Below are positions 39,160-51,928 of a stretch of DNA of 64,000 bases, piece after piece (position 1 is the stretch's first letter; the number at the start of each line of letters is the position of its first letter). The notes under the pieces are model-generated. The model was not told the DNA's origin and did not search any database. It saw only the letters and a program-made list of their open reading frames with translations. This DNA comes from Mustelus asterias (taxonomy: Eukaryota), in NCBI RefSeq assembly GCF_964213995.1, contig NC_135810.1, positions 47,182,001-47,246,000 on the forward strand, given 5' to 3'. Position numbers and translations under genes: made by a program.

Positions 39160-39482
39160 GATCACAACTTGGCTGGAGCAGCCGATATCTGCAGCATCTC
39201 CCAGTCCACCATCCATTGTTGTGTAAGGAGGGCAGTAAGGCTCTGTCTTCAAAGACAGCTGAATACATCTCATTCTTTCTTACTAGAGAGAAGAAAGCAG
39301 AGTGAGCACACCGCTTCACAAGGATTACAGACTATCCCATGGTGCTGGGTGCCATTGTGTATAACTTTTCAGGCACTGTATGTTAATTCTGGGATTCCCC
39401 ATAATGGAAGCATCCAGTTGGTGTTAGAACACACACAATGTACCACACAAGTCAATGTATAGTATCCTGGCAGCAGTTATAA
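39160..39482 (+). pseudogene. Harbinger (HARBI1-like) transposase remnant
   Basis: GAADICSISQSTIHCCV and later ..PMVLGAI.. and ..VNV*YPGS motifs, typical of Harbinger DDE nucleases. Frameshifted. Confidence 0.6.
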
Positions 39483-42400
39483 TGGGCAAAACATAATGCC
39501 CCCCCCACTGTCCCATGTTTGCTGGCCAGGTCACATTTAATCAGACAGGAGTGTGGCAGATGGGGACCCCGGCACTAACAAATTGCCCATGGATGGCCTT
39601 CCTGTCCCACTATCAATTGAGGCCCTTAAATGGGCAATTAATGTCCAGTAAAAGGCCTCATCCCACTACCACCGATATTCACACAGAAATTTGCCAAGCA
39701 GAAAATCTATAAAACAAAGTCAAACACTCAGCACATAAATGAGGGATCAAGCATCAAAAAGGGGGAGCCGCTGAGAGTCACCCCTTTGCCATTGCTGCCA
39801 ACACTTTCCCACCTCGCTTGCCACCCCCATCCTGTCAAATATGGTCATCCTGAGAGAGACATTTGCACTCCATGCGCCCATTGCCACTTCCTCAGGGAAG
39901 CACCTCAGCAATGCTAGAAATTTTTGGAGGGCAGAGTTCGGTTGCTATTTCACCCTGCAAACTGCTTGGAACATTACTATTGGCAACTATGATGACAGTG
40001 GTTTGACCCTGCTTCAGCTAATTTGGTATACACATTCTGAGCTTCCATGGCAGCACTCAGATATTTGAATGGCTTCTGTCTGTGGGGTGGATGAAGCTGA
40101 AGTGACCATCAGACATGGGCCCAAAATACTCTTATGGGGTTGGCTACTATTCGCATGCTGGAGATAATGAGCTCTAAGCTCTGTGCAAAGCCCTTTGCCA
40201 AGTTGGTACTGGATTCCTCTATGCTCCTTGACATTCACTGCAGGCCTTTTGGTCTGTCTGCCAATGCATTAAGCATTTCAGTCTGTTTACCCATTTGTAC
40301 GCCATCCATCAAAATCCTTATTTGAGCTCTCTGCAGCAAAACTTGAGTGTGATCTTTCCTTCCAGCACACCAGGCACCTATGCAGCTTTTATGCCTTGTG
40401 CTGGTTTCTAAACATTCATGCCCAGTGTCCCAAGATATACAGATCACACCTCTAAGCTATTCTCTCAAGTATAAACAGTGTCAGTATCTGAGCTGGTGGC
40501 TGCAGGTGTAAGAGTGAGTGCGGGTGCTTCATCTTCAATCCTGTTCTTCTATCATCTTCACTGGTCAGGTTGCAGTTCTTGGGTGTCTGAAAGGAGAAAG
40601 GCACAGGGGTTGTCATTGAGAGGTGGGGGTAATGGGTGGGTCTGGGGGTGTGTGGAGTTGTGTGCGTGTGTGTGTGTGTGTGTTTGGGGGGGCGGGGGAA
40701 GGAATACACAAATCTGAAACTTGTAAACCAAAAGAGATTATAGGGTGAGGGAGAACTGAGATTTGAGAAAGACATTGCTGGCTTTAGTCCTGCCAATGCC
40801 ATGGCTTCAGTCATGGCCCTTGCAAAGTTTGTGATCCAACTGTCTCCTCCATGAAGACAATCAGCCATGCTGGTCAAGTTCCCATGCTTCTAGTTGCATG
40901 CCACCTTGTGCTGTAAGAGGGAGGGCAGTATGCCAGTCAATTTGGTGCATGTGTTCAGCTGATGTGGCTGCAGAAAAGCTGGCAGTCTGTGCAAGCTGTG
41001 AATGCAATGGCGCTAAATGTGTGAGGATGTGGTGAAGCTTCAATTTTTGAAGTGAATTAAAAACAGAATATGCTGGAAATACTCAGCTACAGATGCAGCA
41101 TCTGTGGCCAGTAAAACAGGGCTGAATTTTTCCGCATACCTGGAGGTGACCATGTTTCAGCAGAAAATGGGGCCTGGGACGACATATTACCCTCAGCAAC
41201 TGATGAAGAAACCGCTCGTCACCAGAGCAGTCCCACCTCAAAAGCTGTTGGCCCAATCAGAGGGCTATTGAGAGCTATTGTTAGCAGTGACCGTTGCTGA
41301 GGGGACATCTTGGTGAGTAGGTGCCTGGTGGGGTACTCTCAGAAAGGCCAGTATGATACAGGGAAACTGGGGGAAGCCTTCCCTGGGCCTTGGAGCATCC
41401 CTCAAAAAGCAGCCCATCCCACCACCCTGAAACGCCAGGAGCTCACCAGAGTTTATCAGGCAGGCTCCTCAAGTAATGACAAGCCTTCCCGATATGGACA
41501 ATATGTCCACAGGAGTGGAGGGTGGCCACTTTTAGGCTAGTTCAGTGGTACAATTGACCACTTGTTGGTCAGCCGTGCCATGAAGTTTCCCAATGCTAGC
41601 AATGTGGTATTGCAACACAAAAACATTGGACTCCCCTTCCGATGCCTCCTTTCGTCATTTTACCAGTCCTCCCAACTCCCAATACATTGCCAATTGGACA
41701 GAAAGATTCAGCCCAACATTTCAACAGAATAGTTCTGATGAAAGGTCATCAATGCAAAACATTAAACCTGTTTCTCTCTGCGCAGATGCTGATAATTTCC
41801 AGCACTTTCTGTTTTCATTTCAGATTTCCTTTCCAGTATCCACAATCTTTTGCTGTTGAATTTATTGTTCGCTATCAGTCATTCTGGATAGAGATTGTTT
41901 GTAGGAAGAGTAGTGAATTGCCTTTGAGAGGCGAATGGCAGAGATGATGAGATGCGACATTTGAGGATGCATTTACTAACCTTGATCACTCGTGTGAGAT
42001 CTTTGAACTTCTTGTGGCACTGCTTCTAGATCCTCAGGGTAAGTGACTGGCATTGACCGTCACAGTTCTTTGGCCTCACTGCCTTCAGAAAGTTTGTATG
42101 GAGGGTCTCCTGGTGATAAATGACACTTGACCTCTGCCCCAAGGCCTCCGATACAACTTTGGATAAACTTGGAGCCGACTTCCTGTTATGTTGTGCCATG
42201 CTTGTGTCTTTTCTCGGTCAAATTCACTGTTGTAATGACTTCCAGCCCCTGCTGCTGCACCTCCACTTCAAGACATGTAGGCTGCCTTTAAATAATGCCA
42301 GTTGGCTTGAACTCATGATTTGTTTGCACTTAATTTTGTGCATTCTATTCAATGGAGCAGTCTCTCTACAACATGATTAACAATAGTTGCATGCCACAAT

Positions 42401-44474
42401 CATTTAAATGAGAAGGCAGAATATTATTTGCACGCTCCCTGCGTTGGAAGCAGCAGGTGTGGATTAAGCCTCTATCACAAAACACGGACACATACAGGTT
42501 CGGATCATTGACTTTTCCAGTGATGAAGTTTGACTTTTTGCTTCTAAAACCATGTTAATTATCATCTCAAGTATTGAGATGAATGTGAAAAGAATTTGCT
42601 AATAAAAACCCTGTTTCACATCATATTCAATAACAAGATGGTCAAGAAGTAAAATCACAACCTTTTACCGCAACTAATGTATGCCAAATAATTGTCAATA
42701 ACCGTGACATTGTGCATTGTTAACAGTAAAGTGCAGAAGACAGTGATTAAGGTGAGACTGCAAAGAAAATGAACTTTCCATTTTACTGAAATAAGACCAG
42801 TAGTTGAACCTAAAGTTTCCTGCATATTTGTGATTACAGGTAGTTGCAATCTGGCCACTAAACAAAAGTCAGGCCTAAAATGTTGTAAGTTATGTGCCTA
42901 AGTATAATATGCATAAACTGCCTTTCTCTTTTAATAATTCCAATATTCTAGAGGTTTTTTTGTTCTGTTCTAGATCTAATCTCACTGAGATCTGTTGATC
43001 TGTACTTCCTGTTTTTTTGAATGTTTATGGCATCAATACAAGACACATTCAAAATTGAAAAGCATCTCCAATTTCAGATTCTTAAATATGCTGTTACCTG
43101 GTGTGTGTAAATAATGGTTAAATGAGTTGAAACTTTAATTTTCATACCCTCAGAAAGAATATGATGGAGTGAGTTTGGCGTTTCCCTTGGAACCAATTGT
43201 GGTGAGTTTTGCCCATTTTCTGGGTTTCAACTTCGCTGAAGAGTTTTGCAAATAATCTGGTTGTAAATGGACGTTGACACAATAGGCACAATTTAGCATG
43301 CAACTTCCGTACCTGAAAGAAATTGCAGGCCGTGAATAATAATGGTGCCTGTACTGACGAGAAGCTGATGTAATTATTTACTGAGTTCACGCAATGGACT
43401 ACATGGTCAATAAAAGAACATTCTCTGAGCAACACAGATCTATAGGATTGAAATAACCTCAAAGAGGTAGCAAGGAAACAAACAGAATAAAGAAAAGTGC
43501 AACGCAGACACACCACGGAGGCCCTGAGGCACTGAAAAAATCTCACTTGACTTGCGATTATGATTCCTAAGCAGTTCCAGGTAGTCCACGAGGGAGGCTA
43601 TATGCTCCTGCAGAGATTCAGCAGTCTGCAGTCATGTCAACCTTCAATAGCTGCGCCTCCAATTGGATGCAAAATCAGCTTTTGTGGGAAACTTTTTTTT
43701 TCAGTTTTGAAACTTGTTTTTGCCTGAAAAATGGAAATGCAATCGATGCTACAAAATGTCAACAGGCTATTTGGCCCAGCTGGTTGGCATTTTTCCTTTA
43801 TATGAGAAAGACAGCAAGTAAAGGTTGCAATGTTACTTCAAAGGTTATGAAAGGATTTAAAAATCAGCTAAGTTGAATTTGGTGAGAAAGGAATATTAAA
43901 GTTAAAAATAGGGTGGGAAGAAAATAAAGGAAAATAGCTGAGAAAGCCTCTTTGACAGCTTTTGACACAAAGTAATTTGACACAAAAATTGCTACTTGTG
44001 AGGAAATCACCCACTTTAATTTTAACAACAAGTTAAAAGCTAATCTTTACAAATGATATGCATTTCGAGGACAGTTTGGCGGAACCTGGAATTCAGCCAT
44101 AGTCTTCAATCAAGAAGTTAAGTCTTCACTTAACACATCCACAATTTTCTGATCCCTGAGATGTTCCTGAAATATCTTACAGTTTCTCTGGGGTCACTGT
44201 TAGCTTTGTCATTGCATGTAAATAGCTTTTCAGCTCTTCAAGAGATTGGTCGACCAAATGTTTCTATTTTTTTCTAAATCACTGGTCCTTGTCCACCTAT
44301 CAGCTTGTGTTTTTGTCATTGCCATTTCAGGATTTGCTGGTGTCTCCTTCACACCGTCCATGTCAGGATGGAAGTTATGGCACTTCCCCATTAGTTATTC
44401 AACAAACATATCATTGAAAGTTAGGGCTCACTCTTTCAATTCTAAGTGAATTTTTAACGTTATGATAAATCACT

Positions 44475-44705
44475 CGAACAAGGAGCAGAAGTAGGCCACC
44501 CGGCCCATCGAGCCTGCTCCACCATTCAATAGGATCAGGGCTGATCTGATTGAAACCTCAATCCCACATTCCTGCCTAACCCTAATACCTTAAATCCCCT
44601 TATTAATTAAGAATCTATCTAGCTCTGCCTTAAAAATGTTCACAGATTCTGCTTCCACTGCCTTTTGAGGAAGAGATTTCCAGGGACTCACGATCCTGTC
44701 AGGGA
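44475..44705 (-). mobile_element. CR1 3' fragment
   Basis: Similar to 17461-17720. Confidence 0.75.
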
Positions 44706-45241
44706 AAGATTTCATTAACCCGTCACCCAGCAGCCCCTGTGGATGCTTCCAACTTCTTTCAACTGACCCACTTTCAGCTCACACCTGTCCTCTAGCAAGG
44801 AATATTGTGCCTTTATAGACATTTTCTCCCAAGGTAGGTGGTCTGAGCTGGGAATATTCCTGACTCTAGCAACCCAAAGTCCGCCCTTGACCTTTTCCCT
44901 CCACTTTTCCTGGTTGTCTTCTCTTGGCCATCTGCGGAAAGATGCAGAAAGTTAACAACCCAATGTTCAATATCACCCAAAACACTTGATATTCATCAGA
45001 TTAATGGCTCAGCCGCATTGTCTCTGCCACAGGTCCCATCAGTAATGACAGTCATACATTTTGAAGCTCTTCACTCATCTATTGCAATGATTCAAAACAA
45101 ATCTGATTTATCAATGGGAATTTATGAATGTCTCCCAAAGATCATCCCTGGTGCAGCTGACACAGTCCCATGCCATAGGTCCCTTCAAATGAATGGCTGT
45201 GAATTCCTTCTGGATGGCCAACTCTTTGATCTATTTGGCAC

Positions 45242-46592
45242 GGTAAGTAGTCTCACAACACCAGGTTAAAGTCCAACAGGTTTATTTGGTAGCAAATACC
45301 ATAAGCTTTCGGAGCACTGCTCCTTCGTCAGATGGAGTGGAAATGTGCTCTCAAACAGTGCAAACAGACAAAATCAAGTTGCAGAATACTGATTAGAATG
45401 CGGATCCTACAGCCAGCCAGGCCTTAAAGGTACAGACAATGAGTGGAGGGAACATTAAACACAGGTTAAAGAAATGTGTATTGTCTCCAGACAGAACAGC
45501 TAGTGAGATTCTACAAGCCCAGGAGGCAAGCTGTGGGGGTTACTGATAATGTGACATAAATCCAACATCCCGGTTTAGGCCGTCCTCATGTGTGCGGAAA
45601 TTGGCTATCAGTTTCTGCTCAGCGACTCTGCGCTGTCGTGTGTCGTGAAGGCCGCCTTGGAGAACGCTTACCTGAAGATCCAAGGCTGAATGCCCGTGAC
45701 TGCTGAAGTGCACCCCCACAGGAAGAGAACAGTCTTGCCTGGTGATTGTCGAGCGGTGTGCATTCATCCGTTGTCGTAGCGTCTGCATGGTTTCCCCAAT
45801 GTACCATGTCTCGGGACATCCTTTCCTGCAGCGTTGGCCTGCCACAGCAACCTCTGCAAGACGTGCCGGATCATCGACACGGATGCCATCATCTCACGTG
45901 AGAACACCATCTACCAGGTACACGGTACCTACTCTTGCAGCTCGGCCAACATTGTCTACCTGATACGCTGCAGGAAAGGATGTCCCGAGGCATGGTGCAT
46001 TGGGGAAACCATGCAGACACTACGACAACGGATGAATGAACCCCGCTCGACAATCACCAGGCAAGACTGTTCTCTTCCTGTGGGGGAGCACTTCAGCAGT
46101 CACGGGCATTCAGCCTTGGATCTTCAGGTAAGCGTTCTCCAAGGCGGCCTTCACAACACACGACAGCGCAGAGTCGCTGAGCAGAAACTGATAGCCAAGT
46201 TCCGCACACATGAGGACGGCCTAAACCGGGATGTTGGATTTATGTCACATTACCAGTAACCCCCACAGCTTGCCTCCTGGGCTTGTAGAATCTCACTAGC
46301 TGTTCTGTCTGGAGACAATACACATTTCTTTAACCTGTGTTTAATGTTCCCTCCACCCACATTGTCTGTACCTTTAAGACCTGGCTGGCTGTAGGATCCG
46401 CATTCTAATCAGTATTCTGCAACTTGATTTTGTCTGTTTGCACTGTTTGAGAGCACATTTCCACTCCATCTGACGAAGGAGCAGTGCTCCGAAAGCTTAT
46501 GGTATTTGCTACCAAATAAACCTGTTGGACTTTAACCTGGTGTTGTGAGACTTCTTACCGTGTTCACCCCAATCCAACGCCGGCGTCTCCAC
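45242..46592 (+). mobile_element. Penelope-like element insertion with inverted duplication (GIY-YIG endonuclease C-terminus plus pLTR)
   Basis: Plus-strand ORF C..C...NIVYLIRCRKGCPEAWCIGET...LRQRMNE..GLN. The mirror ORF is on the minus strand at 45540-45845. ATCTATTTGGCAC occurs at 45229-45241 and 46593-46605. Confidence 0.92.
46460..46510 (+). ncRNA. Minimal hammerhead ribozyme motif in the PLE pLTR (mirror copy at about 45300-45340, minus strand)
   Basis: CTGACGA (46470-46476), stem GGAGC-agt-GCTCC, GAAA (46491-46494) and palindromic AAGCTT. Minimal hammerheads are an established feature of PLE pLTRs. Confidence 0.7.
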
Positions 46593-46768
46593 ATCTATTT
46601 GGCACACAGCCCACCAATACCATCCACAAAATCTTGGGTTAGCTCTCTGCCAGGCAGCACTTAATCAACAGCCACATGTATTAAGCACCATCTTTCAAAG
46701 GCAGGGATGACAACATTCCTGTTTCCTCCATCTCTTCCTTCTGTTTTTGTGTTATCCTGGTAGCTAAC

Positions 46769-47077
46769 ATTGCTTCTCGGCCTTTTGGCTAAGATCAAGT
46801 GTAGTATCGACATGCTGTGCTTGGTTGAAGTCATCAGGTTTAGCTTCATTTGAAGCAATTTTTAAAAGCGGCATCTCGGCCTTTTGGCTAACATGCAAAT
46901 GAGATCAAGCCTTGGAGAAGGAGCTATGCCTACTCCAATCAGCTTGCATTGTGTAGTTCAAGCCCAAGACAGGAGGTGAGAGCCCTGTCTTGTCAGCTTG
47001 GATCGGGAATGTCTCAACTTGTTGAGACTCTGAATTGGACTTGATTTGATTGAATTGGAATAAAAATACAAAAAAAC
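46769..47077 (+). mobile_element. U2 snRNA-derived SINE-like element / chimeric retropseudogene
   Basis: 46769-46808 matches U2 nt 1-40 with one mismatch. A second diverged U2-like unit starts at about 46874, and the element ends in an AATAAA/A-rich tail. Confidence 0.75.
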
Positions 47078-47272
47078 AATGCAGTCCACAGCTCAAGGGC
47101 TCCCCAGAGGGGCATCTAAACTGTCCACTTCAGATTTGAGCTGTACTTCATAAAAGCACCAGAGTAAGCAAGAGCTCTTGTACAAAAGCCACTCAGGGAA
47201 AACAGCAGTTTAAGAATTGTAAATTCTGTTGATAATGTTTCCATGACATTTTATGTGCAACGAAAATAATTA

Positions 47273-47591
47273 TGGCACAGTGGCACAGTGGTTAGCACTG
47301 CTGCCTCACAGCACCAGGGATCCAGGTTCAATTCCAGCCTTGGGTGACTGACTGTGTGCAGTTTGCACTTTCTCCCCATGTTTGCGTGTGTTTTCTCCGG
47401 CTGCTCCAGTTTCCTCCCACAGTCCAAAGATGTGCAGGTTAGGTGGATTGGCCATGCTAAATTGTCTCTTAGTGTCAGGGGGATTAGTAGGGTAAATACA
47501 TGGGGTTATGGGGATAGGGCCTGGGCGGGTTTGTTGTCAGTGCAGGCTCGATGGACCAAATGGCCTCCTTCTGCACTGTAGGGATTCTAAT
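47273..47591 (+). mobile_element. HE1-like V-SINE
   Basis: SINE consensus with CR1-type tail. Confidence 0.88.
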
Positions 47592-48064
47592 TAGATAGTG
47601 GTATAATCAGTAGCCTTTTTAATTGTGATCTTCATGGGGAGGGATTCAAAGAATTGAGTTTAGGTCGTTGATCTTTTGATAGATCATAAGTGGCACAAGA
47701 TGCATTATGTGGCAGTGATGCTCTGAAGCCAAACAGTGGCTAAAGTAACTCTTGCAGTTGTGAACTGTCTACCTGGAACCTTCTGGTGCTCCCCTTGGTT
47801 TCAAGTTCAGTTCCTGGTCAATGGGGCCACTCAGGTTGTTGATCGTGATGGTTTCAGCAATGGTAATGCCACTGAATGAGATTCTTTCTCATGTTACAAT
47901 AATAGAGAAAAAACCTGGAGTCATATATGGAAATATTAGACTTTAAAAAGACCTGGGTTGTATATTTTTTTAAATGGACATAGACAAAGTTGTCAGATGA
48001 ATACACCATTAACTAGTGACAGGAATGGCTGCAGGGGATCTCTCCGGAACAATGGGACACCTTT

Positions 48065-48343
48065 ATAAAAGCAAATTACTGCGGATGCTGGAATCTGAAA
48101 CCAAAAGAGAAAATGCTGGGAAATCTCAGCAGGTCTGGCAGCATCTGTAAGGAGAGAAAAGAGCTGACGTTTTAAGTCCTGACGACCCTTTGTCAAAGCT
48201 CAAAGGCATAGAAAGACTTTCTATGATTTTCTATGCCTTTTAGCTTTGACAAAGGGTCATCTGGACTTGAAACATCAGCTCTTTCCTCTCCATACAGATC
48301 CTGCCAGACCTGCTGAGATTTCCCAGCATATTCTCTTTTGGTT
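48065..48343. mobile_element. Palindromic PLE-derived short element with 14-bp TSD
   Basis: Arms of about 120 bp are inverted around 48215. AATGGGACA(C/T)CTTT occurs at 48051-48064 and 48344-48357. Confidence 0.8.
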
Positions 48344-49757
48344 AATGGGACATCTTTCCTCTGCTTCCAGACAATTCAACATATAACACACATGCCATCT
48401 CTGAAAGGCAAAGGGACATCATAACAATCTCATCTCAACTTTCCTGGCGAGCATATCGAGAGAACCCCTCTGCTCTCCTTCAAGCAGTACCATAGGATTT
48501 TTCACTTCAAGAGGGCAGATAGGGCCCCGGTATAAATTTTGAAAGATAACACCTTCACCACCACCTCAGTAATGCACTGAAGTGCAGGCTTAGAATATGT
48601 GCTCAAGTCTCTGGAGTGAGGCAGAAATCAGATATAGATTTCAGCCAGATGGTGTCTGAAAACAAAATCAGTCAGCTGCTTACTTGTCCAGTGTTTATAA
48701 AATCACACAGTTCACTCATGCTAAATTTGTGTTTTCCTTTGAAATAATGCCTGATCTGAGAGGAACTTTTCTACATGATTGCTTGAAAGTAACTAATGTG
48801 GCAAGTAAAGCCACATGACCCTGTAAAGATTACACATCTATGTCTGGAGTGACTAGACTTCTCAATGTTTCTGATTGATTTTCAGATTTAAAAAACCAGT
48901 CATGAACAGATGTGTTCTTCTGAATATTCTTCCAGGTGTTAAAGAAGACAATGCATGCAATGAGAATATTATATGGCTTAAATGCGTGAAAACATCTGCT
49001 CTATTCTTTATACTGCACAGGAATTACACACTTAGCAAAACCAAGACAAATACTGCAAACAATACCAATTTATTTTTGGGCTCCACTATTGTCGATGCAA
49101 TGTAAAAGATGTTAGTCTTCCTTTGGGCATTTCTAGCTTGAAGCACGAGGATACATTACCAAAGAATAAGGTGCAAAGGTTTGACAAGCTTTAGCATCTA
49201 AAACCTGTTTAAGTAGTGATTTCCCTGTCATGGGAGTGTCTAATTTGTCAATCACACTGAATAATTTGAGCATCACAATCAAACTTGAAAGGAAAAGCCC
49301 ACGACATATGGAGATTCTTCTTTTTCTTAGCTAACTTAGATAGACGTTATGTAATGAAAGGCTTCTGACTACCTATTATCTCTTTGTTCCAAGTAATACA
49401 CATAAAGAGGAAGATTTAACCTGCGGCGGAAGGGCAAAATGGGTGATATAATGAATCAGCAGCCATTGAATCAACTGGACAGTATGTGAAACAAACTGCA
49501 ACCTCACTGCCTGCTGTTTGGCGCTTTTTGCCGAAGAATAACTTCAACCCAGAAGGATTTTGAGAAACTGGAAAAGGATTAAATATATGAAGCATTTAGT
49601 GAAAGTTTTGTCTTTCCCTATCAACTCTCACTTCCCTCCCTAATGGTTGGGCTGCCTACAGAATGACCAAGCTGCTATCGGCAGGCAGTCTCTGCCCCCT
49701 AGGATTTTCCTGCTGTGTATCTGCAAATGTGGGGAATCGGCTGGCCGGATCGGCTAG

Positions 49758-49937
49758 GGTGGCACGGTGGCACAGTGGTTAGCACTGCTGCCTCACAGCG
49801 CCAGGGACCTTGGGTCATTGTCTGGTGGAGTTTGAACGTTCTCCCTGTGTCTGCGTGGGTTTCCTCCGTGTGCTCCAGTTTCCTCCCACAGTCCAAAGAT
49901 GTGCGGGTTAGGGAGATTGGCCATGTTAAATTGCCGC
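49758..49937 (+). mobile_element. HE1-like V-SINE, 3'-truncated
   Basis: SINE head and core. Confidence 0.85.
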
Positions 49938-51474
49938 TGAATAAAAGTCTGAAACCTGCTGAATAAAAGTCTGAAACGGACGCTCCAGCTTCTGAAGGGT
50001 GCGTTCAGTGTTCCCAATGGCTCTCTGAGTCAGATCAGTGGTGGGGGGGGAAGAGGGAGGCGGGTCAGATCATTCTCTGGTGGGAGGGGGCGGGGGGGGA
50101 GGAGGGGACTGAGGTCAGATCGTTGTCTGGTTGGGGGGAGGAGGAGGAGGAGGCGGGTCAGATGTATCTCTGGGGGGGGAGGGTCGAGTGGACCGACCGT
50201 TGTCTGGTGATGGGGGGGAGGGCTGATCATTGTCTGGTGGTGGGGGGAGGGCTGATTGTTGTCTGGTGATGGGGGGAGGGCTGATCATTGTCTGGTGATG
50301 GGGGGAGGGCTGATCATTGTCTGGTGGTGGGAGGAGGGCTGATTGTTGTCTGGTGGGGAGGAAGGAGGAAGCGGGTCAGATGTTCCTCTGGAGGGGAGGG
50401 GGAGTGAGGCCAGACCATTCCCTGGGGGAGGGGGGGGGAGGTGGCAGTGAAGCCAGTTCGTTGTCAGGGTGGGGAGTGAGGCCAGATCGTTGTATGGTGG
50501 GGGGTTGGGGGGTGTTGGGTGAGGCCAGACCATTCTCGGGGGGGGGGGGGGGGTGGAGTGAGGCCAGATCATTGTCTGGGGGGGGGGGGGGGGGGGGGGG
50601 GAGGGAGGCAGGTAATATGTATCTCGGGGGGGGGAGGCCCGATCGCTCACTGGTGGGGGGGGGCAGATGGATCTCTGGTGGGGGTGGCAGATGGATCTCT
50701 GGTGGGAGTGGCAGATGGGTCTCTGGTGGTGGGGGGGGGGGCAGATGGATCTCTGGTGGTGGGGGGGGGGCAGATGGATCTCTGGTGGGGGTGGCAGATG
50801 GATCTCTGGTGGTGGGGGGGGTAGATGGATCTCTGGTGGGGGTGCAGATGGATCTCTGGTGGTTGGGGGGCAGATGGATCTCTGGTGGGGGGGCAGATGG
50901 ATTTCTGGTGGGGGGGGCAGATGGATCTCTGGTGGGGGGGGGGGGCAGATGGATCTCTGGTGGGGGGGGAAGGAGGGTCTGCAGCCACTCTGCGGGCGAT
51001 CGGTGGGGAGGAGAGGAGGGCAGGGGTGGCGATCGGTCTGAGTAGCGGGGGGCGCGGATAAGGGGGACAGTGATGTGTGTGGGTAGGGGGGTGGATAAGG
51101 GGGATAGTGATGTGTGTGGGTAGTGGGGGGGGGTAGGATAAGGGGAACAGTGATGTGTGTGAGTAGCGGGGGGGTGGATAAGGGGGACAGTGATGTGTGT
51201 GGGGGCCATCGCTCCCGCTTTTCACTCCCGGGCCGCTTTCTCCGCTTTCTGCGGCCCGGGAGCGATCTGACACGGGCGCGCTTTTTCAAATTTTTTCTAA
51301 CCGCATGCGCAGTTCAGAGCTCTGATTATTTTGGCCGTGCTAAGCCCCACCCACAGCGCGAATGGGACTGGAGATGGCTGAGTGCGAATGGGGGCGCCTG
51401 AAAGCAGCTCTCCAAGTTGGATCTGCATAACGCCCAGATTCAGCACTTAGAATGAAAATGGTAAAATCAGGCTC
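49938..51474. mobile_element. Harbinger-type MITE with expanded G-rich minisatellites
   Basis: Right end cagcacttagaatgaaaatggtaaaatcaggctc matches the end of the 59816-60845 element. Internal repeats are ggcagatggatctctggt(g)n, ctgatcattgtctggtg and ggataagggggacagtgatgtgtgt. Confidence 0.7.
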
Positions 51475-51928
51475 ATAGAGTCTGACTCACATCATTGTTC
51501 ACTCACTGAAAGCTTGGCCACAGTTAAAACTCAGACCCATTTATGGGATAATACAGCACATTTTTCAGTAAGGGCTGGATAGGTTCTGAGTAAGACGCAG
51601 GCCTAGAATCACAATAAAAGGTTAATGGTAAGTTTGGAAGGTAGTCTTCTTCTGCCCTCAAATTCTCTGTTATTATGTTACAATAAGAACAGTTCAAGAA
51701 TCGAGGCAAAACCTTTATTTCCACAGATTTATTTTCCCAAGAAGGATATTTATTGAATCAGTTTCAATTTTCCATTAAAATAAACGTTGGCCAGAATTCT
51801 CCCATCCCGTCTGCCACTGGAATTTTAGTGGACGGGTTACGGAGAATGTGAAATGCCATTGACGGTCGGGTGAGAATTTCCAGCTTTTAGACCAGCGTGG
51901 ACGGAGAATTCTGCTTGTTGATTTTTGT

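Noticed and set aside
46769-46960. Functional U2 snRNA gene
   Set aside because: Identity stops at nt 40. There is no intact Sm site or 3' stem-loops, and no recognisable upstream PSE.
50655-50970. CRISPR-like array (constant core ggcagatggatctctggt)
   Set aside because: Spacers are only G runs, not unique sequences. The context is eukaryotic and there are no cas genes.
50285-51289. Long Pro-rich and Gly-rich ORFs on both strands
   Set aside because: Translations of G-rich tandem repeats inside a MITE, open in most frames simply because stops are lacking.
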